Source: Desulfobacteraceae bacterium
Lineage (GTDB): Bacteria > Desulfobacterota > Desulfobacteria > Desulfobacterales > Desulfosalsimonadaceae
Direction of reading: 5' to 3'
DNA length: 60,124 nt
Assembly (NCBI GenBank): GCA_021737225.1
Contig: JAIPEJ010000001.1
Location: forward strand, 1 to 60,124
How positions within the stretch are numbered: the stretch's first letter is position 1; every line of letters begins with the position of its first letter. This document shows positions 39,034 through 50,214 of this stretch, in pieces. The notes beneath the pieces were generated by a model. That model saw only the letters and a program-made list of their open reading frames with translations. It was not told the DNA's origin and made no database searches. A program made the translations under genes and the position numbers.

Positions 39034-41418
39034 TCAACCGGAAGACAATGCATAATACGCTGGTTTAATTTCATATCCCATCGCCTTGTAGCCGCGTCTG
39101 CGCTTTTGCCACATACGAGCCAGTTGCGGATGTTCATTTTCGACATAATCATAAATGCGCACACTCCGTTTTTGTGCATGCTCCCGGTGAAGACGGCCTG
39201 CATACTGCTGCAGAGTTCCTTTCCATGAAATCGGCATGGCCAGAACCAGTGTATCCAGGGGCGGGTGGTCGAATCCCTCACCGATCAATCGCCCCGTGGC
39301 GATCAAAACCCTTGGAATCGAATCGTTTAGCGCAGCGATCTCAGAACAAACAGCCTTTCGCTGTTTTTTTGACATGCGGCCGTGAAGCGGATATAAATAT
39401 CTAACTTCTTTTCTTAAAGCCTCGCTCAGTAAAAATAGATGATCTGTCCGCTCGGTTAACACAAGTACCTTGCGGCCTTCCTGATAGGCCTTTACCACGT
39501 CTTTTATGATCCTGAGGTTTCTGGCCGAATCGTCAATCAAAACACGGAACACTTGCTGAATAGACGAATCCGGCGGAGTTTCAAGAGACTGCAGGTAATG
39601 CGGCCACACTTCCATTTGCATGGCCCCCGTCTCAGACCTGGGGGCATTGTAACGTACCGGGCCGCATTGCATAAATATGATTGGCTGATGACCATCCCGC
39701 CGCACGGGCGTAGCAGTCAAACCGAGCACATAAGTGGCTCTGGCTTTTTTGAGGATTGATTCAAAGGAAAAAGCTGAAATGTGATGGCATTCGTCAACAA
39801 CAATATGACCGTATCCGTCCAGAAGTTCTCCAAGATCACTTCTGCGGGCCAAAGATTGCATTACAGCAATGTCGATCTTTCCGGAAAGTTTCTTTTTTCC
39901 TCCGCCAAGTGCACCCAGCCCGGCCTTGGAAAGATCAAGGACACCGGTTAACTGCTCCTGCCATTGACGGAGCAGGTCCGTGCGATGAACCATCACCAGG
40001 GTGCTCACCTTGCGACGCGCGATCAGGGCGGCGGCGGTTATGGTTTTGCCAAAAGCGGTGGGCGCATACAAAACGCCTGTGTCTTTCTTGAGCATTTCAT
40101 CAACAGCCGTCTTTTGGTCTTGTTTTAATTTACCGGTAAATTTTACGGAAATCCTCCGGCCGGCCTTGCGTTTGTCCACAATATCTGCCTGTATCCCGTT
40201 TTCTTTTAACAAGCTCAACAGCGGCTCAAGGCATCCGCGCGGCAGACCTATGTGTTGCGAGAAATTTTCTGCACAGCCTATAATACGAGGTTTATTCCAT
40301 ACGGGCAGTCGCATGGCCTGGGCTTTGTAAAACTCCGGATTCCGGAAAGCAGCCAAGCGCACCAGACTGTTTGCCAGTGACGGGGATAAGTTCTCTTTGG
40401 CGATAAAAATCTGATTGGCCATTATCAATTGCAAAGAATCAGGTAAAGGGCCTGCTATGTGATTGGAGGGCGGCGGCTGAGGCTGCCACGGCTTGGTGTC
40501 GCCTTCAATGCTGCAAAATCCCACATCGAGCGGATGCCTGTCGTTGGCTGCCCGGCGAATAGCTTCCTCCAGTTCTGTCCGGGACATTTGTTTTATAGAG
40601 GAAAGATATTCCCATTGATCCGCATAAGGAGACAGATTCTCATCAGCAAAAACGCTGCAGCCATTGGCTCGTGGCTGTTTCTGCAAGGGAAGAGCAATCA
40701 GATTTCCGTATCCACCTTTCGGCAGAGTATCCTGATTCGGGAAAAACCGATCATAGCTGGAAAGTGACAATTGTCTGGTACGCGCGCAGGTAAAACTTAT
40801 CAGGGCGGTCCCGAGTTGCCGGGCTTGACGGGCGGCCACCGGCTCGGAAAAGAAAATCCAGATGTGTGCCCCATTTCCTGAACGTGAGATTTCGAGTGCG
40901 GCGGGAATATTGAGTTCACGGCAGGAACTCATGAATGCGCATGCATCTTTTCGCCAATACGCTCCGTCAAAATCCACGGCAAGAAAACAACAGGTATCAT
41001 CCGGCAACAATGGATAAACACCCACAGTATGTTTACCGGCCAAGTGATCATAAATCACCTTATCAGTGACCGGCAGCAGACGGCGCTGGGTACATTCCCC
41101 GCACTTTACTTTGGGTTTCCGGCAGAGGCCTGGTTTCCATTCATTTTCACAAGCAGGAGAATACCCGGATTTGCCTCTGGCAGATTCCCAGCGAAACGCA
41201 TATACATCCGTCCGCCCCTGGAACAGGCTCGTGAAAAGTTTTATCTTTTCCTCAGCGGCAAGATGGTAGGCGGATGATGGGCTTTGTTCAGATTGTTCGG
41301 CTTGATCGGCTGGCTCAACTCCGCAATCCTTCTGCCAGGCAATGCCGTGCCGCATCAAAAGCTCTTTCAAACGGACATTTTCTTTTCGAAGCGCTTGCAG
41401 TTCATCAAATTCAGTCAT
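39034..41418 (-). CDS. AEP primase domain (TOTE-associated type) fused to SF2 DEAD/DEAH helicase
   Basis: AEP motifs AVDFD, SRSGNGAH, DRFFPNQD..GNLIALPLQ; helicase APTAFGKT, DECHH, TATP, EGFD, QYAGR. Confidence 0.88.
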   Translation of the reverse strand: MTEFDELQALRKENVRLKELLMRHGIAWQKDCGVEPADQAEQSEQSPSSAYHLAAEEKIKLFTSLFQGRTDVYAFRWESARGKSGYSPACENEWKPGLCRKPKVKCGECTQRRLLPVTDKVIYDHLAGKHTVGVYPLLPDDTCCFLAVDFDGAYWRKDACAFMSSCRELNIPAALEISRSGNGAHIWIFFSEPVAARQARQLGTALISFTCARTRQLSLSSYDRFFPNQDTLPKGGYGNLIALPLQKQPRANGCSVFADENLSPYADQWEYLSSIKQMSRTELEEAIRRAANDRHPLDVGFCSIEGDTKPWQPQPPPSNHIAGPLPDSLQLIMANQIFIAKENLSPSLANSLVRLAAFRNPEFYKAQAMRLPVWNKPRIIGCAENFSQHIGLPRGCLEPLLSLLKENGIQADIVDKRKAGRRISVKFTGKLKQDQKTAVDEMLKKDTGVLYAPTAFGKTITAAALIARRKVSTLVMVHRTDLLRQWQEQLTGVLDLSKAGLGALGGGKKKLSGKIDIAVMQSLARRSDLGELLDGYGHIVVDECHHISAFSFESILKKARATYVLGLTATPVRRDGHQPIIFMQCGPVRYNAPRSETGAMQMEVWPHYLQSLETPPDSSIQQVFRVLIDDSARNLRIIKDVVKAYQEGRKVLVLTERTDHLFLLSEALRKEVRYLYPLHGRMSKKQRKAVCSEIAALNDSIPRVLIATGRLIGEGFDHPPLDTLVLAMPISWKGTLQQYAGRLHREHAQKRSVRIYDYVENEHPQLARMWQKRRRGYKAMGYEIKPAYYALSSG

Positions 41419-41556
41419 GGCGCCTGATCATTTCCTTCTGAAACAAGGTTGTCAGTTGGGGGCCCGCTCCCGACTTATACGTTTAAATATATAACAAGAT
41501 TCGGAAGATACGTAAAGTTGGAATCAGAAAAATATAATTGCCATTTTCTGCCGATA

Positions 41557-41907
41557 CCGGAAATTGGCGCACTGATCCGGGCCGAGCTTAGCTCAGGCGA
41601 GGTCCGGGTGATCACGGGAAAGGTGGTGCAGCGCATTTCGCAGGATGAAGATGAACTGCGAGTGCATACCGATATCAGTGAAACCGAGGCAGCCAACATG
41701 TTGCTGGTGGCAGCCGGAGCGCGGCTCGACGCGGATCTGGCCCAAACCGCGGGCATCGGCATTTGCGCCGGAAAGGTGATTTCCGTGGATCGCACCATGG
41801 CCATGCAAGTGCCCGGCATATGGGCAATGGGAGGCTCCATGCAGGCCGCGGCCATGGCCTGGTGCGAAAGCCGCGGAAAGCAGCATCGATTCGAGTAGAT
41901 CAAAGGC
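41557..41907 (+). pseudogene. degraded, internally deleted duplicate of the 3' part of the CoA-disulfide reductase gene
   Basis: Matches ~32929-33193, then jumps to 33671-33738 including the downstream intergenic bases. Confidence 0.85.
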
Positions 41908-42045
41908 GCGTTTTTATACAAAACCGTCCATATTTCCGTTTCCCATGCGAACAATCCGGAGATTTCTTATTCGTATGTTGATTTTGCGGTATAATGAAGC
42001 TATTATACGGCAAGCAGGAACTTACCGGTAACCGAAAAATCGCCG

Positions 42046-42453
42046 ATGACAGAGGTATCCATGGTGGAGGAAATATCCCGCATATTATCAGAATTGACAC
42101 CCCGTGTGCTTTTTGCCTATGTGTTCGGCTCCGCCGGCACGGCAATGGAAAACTCGCTGAGCGACCTGGATGTTGCCGTATACTTCGATGCCGAAGCCGG
42201 CTCAATCGAACTTAACCATAAGCTGTCTCTTTACGCAGAGATATCCCGTGTGACAAAACGCAATGACATTGATGTGGTTATTCTAAATACGTGCTCCAAC
42301 CAACTCCTGGTTTATGACATCATGATCAACGGCAGACTGATTTATGACGCAGATCCCGGGGCCAGGGGTGTTTTTGAACAACAGATGCTGCATGCTGCCA
42401 TTGATTTCAAGGAAAGCCGGGACAGGATTTTGTATGATACGAGAGCGGATTGA
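42046..42453 (+). CDS. MntA-like nucleotidyltransferase antitoxin
   Basis: AYVFGS........SDLDVAV, IDVVILN. Confidence 0.9.
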   Translation: MTEVSMVEEISRILSELTPRVLFAYVFGSAGTAMENSLSDLDVAVYFDAEAGSIELNHKLSLYAEISRVTKRNDIDVVILNTCSNQLLVYDIMINGRLIYDADPGARGVFEQQMLHAAIDFKESRDRILYDTRAD

Positions 42454-42850
42454 GCAGAAAAAAGCCCGTATCCGCGAATATGCTGGTTTGATCAAAAGCC
42501 TTCGTAAGGATTGTACCGAGCGCTTTGACACTGATCCAGTCTATCGCGGAGCAATGCTTCATTACCTCTATTTAACGGTGGATTCATGCATCGCCCTGGC
42601 GATCCTGATAATAAAGCTCAAGGCGCTGCGACCACCGCAAACGTATGCGGAAGCATTTGATATTCTATCTGAAAATCGTATTCTCGATCCCGAATTTGCC
42701 CACTCTTTTGCCAGAATCGCAGGTTTTCGAAACTTCCTTGCACATGATTATGAGTCTGTGGACGGTCGGCAGATTTGTAATTACCTGTTTTCCGGGATTG
42801 AGGCGGTAGAAGAATATATTTCCCGGATAGAACAGGCGATGATGGGATGA
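42434..42850 (+). CDS. HepT family HEPN RNase toxin
   Basis: P.TYAEAF..L, GFRNFLAHDY; ATG 42434 overlaps the antitoxin. Confidence 0.9.
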   Translation: MIRERIEQKKARIREYAGLIKSLRKDCTERFDTDPVYRGAMLHYLYLTVDSCIALAILIIKLKALRPPQTYAEAFDILSENRILDPEFAHSFARIAGFRNFLAHDYESVDGRQICNYLFSGIEAVEEYISRIEQAMMG

Positions 42851-42988
42851 ACCGTCCCCCAACCAACGATCCGCGCTTTTATTATTCCGTGCATAAACAG
42901 ACAGACATCAACTAAAGTTTTAATTGTTCCCGGCCTTGACAAGGCTGCAGAAAAAATCAAAATCCGTGCGCGCAGCAAGGAGGTAGCA

Positions 42989-43792
42989 ATGCACTTTCAA
43001 AACGAATTTCAGGGCCGGTCCGTTATCGTGACCGGATCTGCGGGCGGCATCGGAAAGGAAACCGCCTTGCACTTTGCCCGGGAGGGTGCGAAAATCGCGA
43101 TATGCGATGTGAAGATTGAAGCCGGAGAGGAAACGGCCGAACAAATCAACAAGTCCGGGGGAAACGCCTTTTTTGCCGAAATGGATGTCTCGGACCCGGC
43201 GGCGGTGGACCGGGTGGTGGAACAGACACTTGCAAAATTCGGCGGCATCGACGTGCTGGTCAACAGCGCGGGCATCTCCGGCAGCGGATTCCGGAATCTT
43301 TCCAAAGTCGCGGATGCAGAATGGGACCGCACCTACCAGGTAAACCTTAGGGGCACAGCGCATTGCTGCCGTTCGGTTTTCGGGGTGTTTCGAAAACAGC
43401 AGCACGGCAAAATCATCAATGTTTCTTCCGTGGCCGGCCGTATGCCGGCACCGGGCATGACGCCTTATGCCGCATCCAAGGCCGGGGTGATCAGCCTGAC
43501 CCAGAGCCTGGCCGCAGAGATGGGCCGGTACAACGTCAATGTCAACGCCCTGTGCCCGGGCTGGGTCTGGACGCCCATATACAGCCAGAACCAGGAGCTG
43601 CAGGCGTATGCGGAAAAAGTCGGCTCCACGCCACGGGCGGTTTTCCAGGGCATGGTGGAATCGCTTTGTCCGCTCAAACGGGAACAGACCGAAGCGGACA
43701 TGGCCAATGTAATCCTGTTTCTCGCCTCTGAAGCCGCCAAAAACATCACCGGCCAGGCCATTCACGTGGACGGCGGGGCGGTCATGCGGTAA
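42989..43792 (+). CDS. SDR family NAD(P)-dependent oxidoreductase
   Basis: TGSAGGIG, VNSAG, YAASK, ITGQ.I.VDGG. Confidence 0.95.
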   Translation: MHFQNEFQGRSVIVTGSAGGIGKETALHFAREGAKIAICDVKIEAGEETAEQINKSGGNAFFAEMDVSDPAAVDRVVEQTLAKFGGIDVLVNSAGISGSGFRNLSKVADAEWDRTYQVNLRGTAHCCRSVFGVFRKQQHGKIINVSSVAGRMPAPGMTPYAASKAGVISLTQSLAAEMGRYNVNVNALCPGWVWTPIYSQNQELQAYAEKVGSTPRAVFQGMVESLCPLKREQTEADMANVILFLASEAAKNITGQAIHVDGGAVMR

Positions 43793-43926
43793 GTATTTCA
43801 GTTCGGGATTGCCGCTGAAAATATGCGGCACTTCTTGTATCAGCGCTGCAATTTGTGCTATGCAAAAAACGCTTATACGCGAGCGATAAAATATGAATCC
43901 AAGACATTGATAGGCGGGAACAAATT

Positions 43927-44706
43927 ATGGATAAACCGATTCGAATCATGCCGTGTCTGGACATGCAAAACGGGCGGGTTGTCAAGGGCATACACTTTGT
44001 GGATATACGGGATGCCGGCGACCCGGTGGAATGCGCCAGTGCCTATTGTGCAGCCGGCGCAGATGAACTGGCCCTGCTCGATATCACGGCCACGGTGGAA
44101 GGCCGGGCCACCATGCTGGATGTGGTTAGCCGCGTGGCGGATGTGGTGACCGTGCCGTTTACAGTGGGCGGCGGGATCTCGGATGTCAAATCCGCGGAGT
44201 TGATACTGGAAGCCGGCGCGGACAAGGTTTCCACAAGCAGTGCGGCTTTCCGCAAGCCCGAGCTGATACCGGACATGGTAAAGGCCTTTGGCGCGGAAAA
44301 GGTGACCGTGGCCATTGACGTGGACCGCAACCCGGCCATGGCTTCGGGCTATGAAGTGTATATCGACGGCGGGCGCACCGCCACCGGCGCGGATGCCGTG
44401 CAATGGACCAAGCGCGTGGAAGGATACGGGGTGCCCGTAATTCTGCCCACAAGCAAGGCCGGCGACGGCGCGCGCACCGGCTACGATCTGCCGGTGATCC
44501 GGGCCCTGAAACAGGCCGTATCCGCCGAAATCGTGGCCTCCGGCGGGGCCGGCGAAATGGAACATTTCCGTGAAGCCGCAGAAGCCGGCGCCACGATTCT
44601 ACTGGCCGCCTCGGTGTTTCATTTCGGAACAATAGACATCGGCGAGTTAAAAGCTTATCTGCAGAAACAGGGCATTCCCGTCTATCAGGAGAAGCCGTCA
44701 CAATAG
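43927..44706 (+). CDS. hisF: imidazole glycerol phosphate synthase cyclase subunit (HisF family)
   Basis: RIMPCLD, DAGDPVE, LDITA, VGGGI, GADKVS, ASGGAG, LAASVFH. Confidence 0.88.
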   Translation: MDKPIRIMPCLDMQNGRVVKGIHFVDIRDAGDPVECASAYCAAGADELALLDITATVEGRATMLDVVSRVADVVTVPFTVGGGISDVKSAELILEAGADKVSTSSAAFRKPELIPDMVKAFGAEKVTVAIDVDRNPAMASGYEVYIDGGRTATGADAVQWTKRVEGYGVPVILPTSKAGDGARTGYDLPVIRALKQAVSAEIVASGGAGEMEHFREAAEAGATILLAASVFHFGTIDIGELKAYLQKQGIPVYQEKPSQ

Positions 44707-44789
44707 CCATTATACCGGCACCTGATGTCACATAAATTATCCGCGGGAATCAAAGAAACAATCATACTCGTTTCTCCGGGAGAAAATCC

Positions 44790-47036
44790 ATGGAAAAATG
44801 GCACAAGACCGGCTGTGTTTTATGCGCCCAGAACTGCGGCCTGGAAGTCAAGGTCGAAGACGGCCGCATGGTCCGGGTGCGGCCGGACAAGGACAATCCG
44901 AGAAGCAGGGGCTATGCCTGCCGCAAGGGCCTTAATGTCACGTACCACCAGTATCCGGCAGACCGGATCACCGAACCGCTCAAACGGATCGGAGACCGGT
45001 TTGAGCCGATTTCCTGGGAGCAGGCCGTCGATGAGATCGGCAAAAAGCTGCAGGACCTGCTGGATCGCCACGGTCCGCGGTGCCTGGCCTACATGGGCGG
45101 CAGCGCCCAGGGCGGGCACATGGAGGCGGGCTTCGGCCTGGGCCTGATCCGGGCGCTGGGATCGAAATACTACTATTCCTCGGCAGGCCAGGAATTTTCC
45201 GGGGCCTGGTGGGTGTCCGGCCGGATGCTGGGCCGGCAGTACAATGTCCCCATCCCTGACGAACATGCCGCAGACATGCTGGTGGGCTGGGGGTGGAACG
45301 GCATGGAAAGCCACCAGATGCCCCGGGCGCCCATCGTGTTAAAGGAATTCAGCAAAAACCCGGACAAGGTGCTGGTATCCGTGGATCCGCGCGAAAGCGA
45401 AACCGCTGCCATCGCCGATATTCACCTGGCCGTACGGCCGGGCACAGACGCGCTTTTGGCCCGGGCCATGATCGCCCTGATCCTGAATGAAGGCTGGGAA
45501 AACCGGCAGTACCTGAAAGATTGCGTGCAAGGCTGGGAGCACATCCGTCCCTGGTTTGAAAATTTTGATGTCAAAGGCGCTCTCTCGGTCTGCGAACTGG
45601 ATTTTGACACCGTGCGCGAGGTCTGCCGGCACATGACCACCCGGCGCTGGTGTATGCACCCGGACCTGGGCATTTACATGGGGCGTCACAGTACGCTCAA
45701 TTCCTACCTGCTTTCCATCCTGAGCGCGGTATGCGGCATTTTCGGCGTGCGCGGCGGAAACGTGATTCCCGGCATGGTCATGCCCATGGGATTTCATGCC
45801 GATGAAAGGGATCCCAAAACCTGGCGGACCACGTCAACCGACATGCCGCCGGCCGCAGCCGGCTCGTTTCCGCCTGCTGTGATGCCCGAAGAGATTCTTT
45901 CCGGCCGCGAAGACCGGCTGCGGGCCGTGATTGTCAGCGCATGCAACCCGCTGCGCGCCTATCCGGACACCAAGGCCTATGAAAAGGCCTTCAACAACCT
46001 GGACCTGCTGGTGGTAAACGACATTGTGCTGAGCGAAACCGCCCGGCATGCCCATTACGTGCTGCCCTGCCGCACCTTTTACGAGGCCTGGGACACCACC
46101 TTTTTCCCCGTGACCTACCCGGAAGTGTTTTTGCAGCTCCGGCAGCCGGTGGTGGATCCGCCGGAAAACTGCCTGGAAGCCTCCCAGATCCTGACCCGGA
46201 TCGCCGACCGGATGGGACTGATCCCGGAAATCCCGGACGATCTGCAGGCCGCGGCCCGGGGCGGCAGCCGGCTCGACTTTGGCGCCAGGCTCATGGAATA
46301 TGCGGGCCGGGTCCCTGAAGCCCTCCAGCGAATGCCTTTTGTTCTGGCAAAAACCCTGGGACAGACATGGGACAGCGCGGCATGTGCCGGCCTCTGGGGC
46401 CTGCTGGCAAATGCGCCCAAGAGCTTTCAGAAAAATGCCGCCCGGGCCGATTTTGCACCCGGGCCCGACCAGGGCGACCGGATTTTTCAGGCCCTGCTCG
46501 ATCATCCCGAGGGGATCTGGGTCGGCAAGGCGGACGCGGACAATCCCATGGCCGGCATACGGACCGAGTCCGGAAAAATCGAGGTGTTTATCCCGGAGCT
46601 TGAACAAGGCGTGCGCGATCTTACCCCGGAAAACGAGACGCGGGATCTGCAGATGCCGGCCGACTTCCCGCTGGTGTTAAACGCAGGCCGGCACATGAAA
46701 TACAACGCCAACACCCTGATGCGCAACCCGGAGTGGAACCGCGGCAAACGGGCATGCACTGTGGCCTTGAGCCCGGCGGATGCAGAAAGCCTCGGCCTGG
46801 CTGACGGCGATCCGGTGCGGATAGTCACAGCGGCCGGCAGCCAGACCGGCGAACTCGGGGTCAGCAGCCGGGTCCGCACGGGCATGGTCCTGGTGCCCCA
46901 CGGGTTCGGCCTGATTTACAACGGCGAGGTGTACGGCATCAACGCAAACGACCTGACCGATGCTGCCCACCGGGACCCGCTGGGCACTCCCATGCACCGG
47001 TTTGTACCCTGTCGCATCGAGCCGGCGCGCGGGTAA
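44790..47036 (+). CDS. molybdopterin (Mo/W-bisPGD) oxidoreductase, cytoplasmic
   Basis: CVLCAQNCG...C.KG [4Fe-4S] motif, PGTD, ETA..A.YVLP, C-terminal MPT-binding domain; no Tat leader. Confidence 0.9.
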   Translation: MEKWHKTGCVLCAQNCGLEVKVEDGRMVRVRPDKDNPRSRGYACRKGLNVTYHQYPADRITEPLKRIGDRFEPISWEQAVDEIGKKLQDLLDRHGPRCLAYMGGSAQGGHMEAGFGLGLIRALGSKYYYSSAGQEFSGAWWVSGRMLGRQYNVPIPDEHAADMLVGWGWNGMESHQMPRAPIVLKEFSKNPDKVLVSVDPRESETAAIADIHLAVRPGTDALLARAMIALILNEGWENRQYLKDCVQGWEHIRPWFENFDVKGALSVCELDFDTVREVCRHMTTRRWCMHPDLGIYMGRHSTLNSYLLSILSAVCGIFGVRGGNVIPGMVMPMGFHADERDPKTWRTTSTDMPPAAAGSFPPAVMPEEILSGREDRLRAVIVSACNPLRAYPDTKAYEKAFNNLDLLVVNDIVLSETARHAHYVLPCRTFYEAWDTTFFPVTYPEVFLQLRQPVVDPPENCLEASQILTRIADRMGLIPEIPDDLQAAARGGSRLDFGARLMEYAGRVPEALQRMPFVLAKTLGQTWDSAACAGLWGLLANAPKSFQKNAARADFAPGPDQGDRIFQALLDHPEGIWVGKADADNPMAGIRTESGKIEVFIPELEQGVRDLTPENETRDLQMPADFPLVLNAGRHMKYNANTLMRNPEWNRGKRACTVALSPADAESLGLADGDPVRIVTAAGSQTGELGVSSRVRTGMVLVPHGFGLIYNGEVYGINANDLTDAAHRDPLGTPMHRFVPCRIEPARG

Positions 47037-47045
47037 GCGGCCCGG

Positions 47046-49874
47046 TCATTCATCCAGCACGGCCCGCACCGCCTCGGCCATGACCGACAGGTCCACGGGC
47101 TTTTCCAGGTACCGGGCAATGCCGGCCCGACGGGCGGATTGTTCGGAGATCTTCTCGCTGTAACCGGTACAGAGGATGATTTTCATGTTCGGACGGATTT
47201 TCAGGATTTCCCCGGCAAGCACGTCGCCTGTCATTTTCCGCATGGTCATGTCAGTGATCAAGAGATCGAATCCCTCCGGATCGCTGGAAAACTGCTGCAG
47301 GGCTTTTTCCGGATCCGTTTCGCACGTCACCCGGTAGCCAAGTCTTTGCAGGCGCAGTTCATTCAGGGATGTCACCGCCTTTTCGTCATCCACAAACAAA
47401 ATCCGCTCGGTGCCGCCGGGAAGCATCTCCCGGCCCCGCGGGGACGGCGTCTCGGCCGGCTCGCGCAGTGCAGGGAGAAAGATTTCAAACCGGCTTCCCC
47501 GACCTTCTTCACTGTCCACCCGGATGCCGCCGACAAGATCCCGAACAATGCCGAGCACCACGGAAAGCCCCAGACCGGTGCCCTTGCCCACATCCTTGGT
47601 GGTATAATACGGATCAAAGACCCGCTCCAGGCCATCTGCGGGGATGCCGTGCCCGGTATCACTGACCGTCAGTTTTACGTAATCACCTGGAGACAGGTCA
47701 AAACCGAATGCGGGAATCTGTTCTTCCAGGGTTTCCGGAGACAGACTGACCGTTAGGCCACCGCCGTCATCAGCCATGGCATCGGAGGAGTTCTTGCAAA
47801 GATTGACAATGAGCTGATGAATCTGGGTGGGATTGGCCATGACCATGGGCAGATCCGTGCGGACTTGCTCGGTGATCTCAATAAAAGACGGGATCGTCGA
47901 ACGCATCATGCGCATGCCTTCCTTGATGATCAGGCCGATATTCTGGGCGCTTTTTTCCTCCTCCCCCTGCCGGCTGAAGGTCAGCAGCTGGCGCACCACG
48001 TCCCGGGCACGAATGCCGGCAGCACTGATCTGCCGCAGTCCTTTGGATGCGGGATGATCTTCCGGCAGATCGGCCATTTCGGCCTGAACCAGCTCAGTAT
48101 AACCCAGAATGATGCTTAAAATATTGTTGAAATCATGGGCCACCCCGCCGGTCAGGGTTCCCAGGGCCTCGATTTTCTGGGCATGGCGAAGCCGATCTTC
48201 CAGTTCCTGACGTTCCTGCTGTGCTTTTTTCTCTTCTGTAATGTCGACCACAAGGTTAAGGGTGGCCGGCCGGCCCTCCCATTCGACATACACCCCCCTT
48301 AACTCCCCCCACTTCACCTCTCCGGAGCGGTGAATGATCCGAAATTCATAATCCGACGATACGTCAAGGCCCTGTACGCGCTTGTAATGTCGCTCAAGAA
48401 CCATCTGCCGGTCACCCGGGTGCAGAAAATCAATGAACGGCCGGGAGGTCAACTCCGGAAGGCTGTATCCGGTCAGGTTGAGGGCGGCTGCATTGGCATA
48501 GCGGACCATGCCGTCCTGGGCCACAAAAATCGCCTCCCGAACATTTTCCACCAAGAGGCGGTATTTTTCCTCGCTTTGCCGAAGGGCCTCTTCAGCCTCC
48601 TTGCGTTCGGTGATATCCTCGATTATCCCCACGCCGCCGAGAATTCCGCCGCTGCTGCCTCTAAAAGGGGCAAAAAGGACCCGCGCCGGGGAGACCTTGC
48701 CCGCGGTCGCGGATTCATAAGGGCCCTCATAAAATCCCTGCCCGCCCGCCAATGCTGTTTTTACCGCCGCAACAACGTTCTGATCCGGCAAATCAAGCAT
48801 CTTCAACCCGATCAGCGCATTTCTCGAAGAGCCGATGATTTCCACGAAGTTGTCATTGCACGCGGTAATCACCCCGTTTTGATCAAAATGCAAAACCCCG
48901 AGCGGCGAATTTTCGAAAATCAGGCGGTATTTTTCCTCGCTGTTTTTCAGGGCCAGGCGGGCATCTTCAGCCTCTTTTGCCCGCAACTCAGCCTCCCGCA
49001 TCCGGGTGCGCAGCTCCTCGACCATCTGGGAAATGGCATCCTTCAACTGACGCATTTCCCCGCTGAACCGCCCCCGGATCTGCGCATGGGTTTCTCCGCC
49101 CGCCACCTTTTCGGCAAACCCTACCAGCCGGTTAATGGGCTGAGTAATGGTTCGCATCACCAGGAAGGTCCCTGCCAGGGAGATCAGAAATATGGCTGCG
49201 GCCATCGAGATGATGATCCATTTCAGATGGTTCATCTGGGCATATACATCCTCGATGTATATGCCCGTGCCGATGACCCAGTCCCAGGGCGCAAACAGCC
49301 GGACATACGATTTCTTGGGATACATCGCCTCGGTGACGCCCTCGTCTGTCGGCCTGCGCCACTGGTATTCCACGAACCCGCTTCCGCTTTTCCGCGCCAC
49401 TTCCAGAAATACCTTGAAAAAATGCCGCTTTTCCGAGTCAAAACCCACTTCCCGGCCGTCCATGCCAAGCTGCATGCTCACGGCGGTCTTGTAGGCAGCA
49501 TCGTCCATGATGCGCCCTTCGAGTGCCGGCATGGCCGGGTGCATTACCATTCGGGGATAGGGCCTGGTGGTGTCGTTGATCCAGATATAACCGTTGTCAG
49601 AAAAACGCATTGAACGGATGCGTTCAATTGCCGCCTGCTTGGCCCGGGACTCGGTTATTTCACCGTTTTCCGCCCGCGCATGGTAGTTTTCAACCATGCT
49701 GCATACCGAATCCACCAGGTTCTTGGTGGCCATTTTCCGGGAGTCAAACAACGCGTCCTGCACAAGGGGAAAAATGAAGGCAAACAGGAAAACCAGGAAC
49801 AGGGCGATGATACCCAGGGCAATGGCCAGGATTCGAGCCGAGGTCTTTTCCAGGAAATGTCCGGAAAGTGGCAT
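47046..49874 (-). CDS. hybrid sensor kinase (Cache-HAMP-PAS-PAS-HisKA-HATPase-REC)
   Basis: [19 protein letters not shown], receiver DMTM; periplasmic Cache domain between two TMs. Confidence 0.93.
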   Translation of the reverse strand: MPLSGHFLEKTSARILAIALGIIALFLVFLFAFIFPLVQDALFDSRKMATKNLVDSVCSMVENYHARAENGEITESRAKQAAIERIRSMRFSDNGYIWINDTTRPYPRMVMHPAMPALEGRIMDDAAYKTAVSMQLGMDGREVGFDSEKRHFFKVFLEVARKSGSGFVEYQWRRPTDEGVTEAMYPKKSYVRLFAPWDWVIGTGIYIEDVYAQMNHLKWIIISMAAAIFLISLAGTFLVMRTITQPINRLVGFAEKVAGGETHAQIRGRFSGEMRQLKDAISQMVEELRTRMREAELRAKEAEDARLALKNSEEKYRLIFENSPLGVLHFDQNGVITACNDNFVEIIGSSRNALIGLKMLDLPDQNVVAAVKTALAGGQGFYEGPYESATAGKVSPARVLFAPFRGSSGGILGGVGIIEDITERKEAEEALRQSEEKYRLLVENVREAIFVAQDGMVRYANAAALNLTGYSLPELTSRPFIDFLHPGDRQMVLERHYKRVQGLDVSSDYEFRIIHRSGEVKWGELRGVYVEWEGRPATLNLVVDITEEKKAQQERQELEDRLRHAQKIEALGTLTGGVAHDFNNILSIILGYTELVQAEMADLPEDHPASKGLRQISAAGIRARDVVRQLLTFSRQGEEEKSAQNIGLIIKEGMRMMRSTIPSFIEITEQVRTDLPMVMANPTQIHQLIVNLCKNSSDAMADDGGGLTVSLSPETLEEQIPAFGFDLSPGDYVKLTVSDTGHGIPADGLERVFDPYYTTKDVGKGTGLGLSVVLGIVRDLVGGIRVDSEEGRGSRFEIFLPALREPAETPSPRGREMLPGGTERILFVDDEKAVTSLNELRLQRLGYRVTCETDPEKALQQFSSDPEGFDLLITDMTMRKMTGDVLAGEILKIRPNMKIILCTGYSEKISEQSARRAGIARYLEKPVDLSVMAEAVRAVLDE

Positions 49875-50168
49875 GCGTTTTCCGTTGGATTGGATTCAGC
49901 CATGAAGATCAGCGGGCAAGGGAAAATAAATATCTAAATTTTTCCTTTACCTGTTTATTTTTAAGATACATTATGCGGGCAAGTCAATGGTAATTCCGGC
50001 AGTTGCGCCCCCGGAAGCGTGAAAGCGAATTTTTTCTTGTACAAATGAGTTCCTTGCCGTGTTATCATATAAGCTTGAAAAACAAAGCCTTGTCAGCGCC
50101 GGCGGCTTGTCAGGGCCTGTTTTATCCGGCCGGTTCGATGTGACCGGCCGATTGACAACCGTATATTT

Positions 50169-50194
50169 GTAGGGGCGAACCTGTGTGTTCGCCC
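50169..50194. repeat. GTAG-type REP-like palindrome
   Basis: GTAG-GGGCGAAC-ctgtgt-GTTCGCCC. Confidence 0.65.
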
Positions 50195-50214
50195 GGGGGG
50201 AGGCAGCCCGTTAA

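Noticed and set aside
41449-41898. 149-aa ORF as a functional oxidoreductase
   Set aside because: Lacks the FAD-binding N-terminus and redox Cys; it is a deleted duplicate of 32347-33720.
48330-49613. 427-aa plus-strand ORF
   Set aside because: Antisense to the hybrid kinase.
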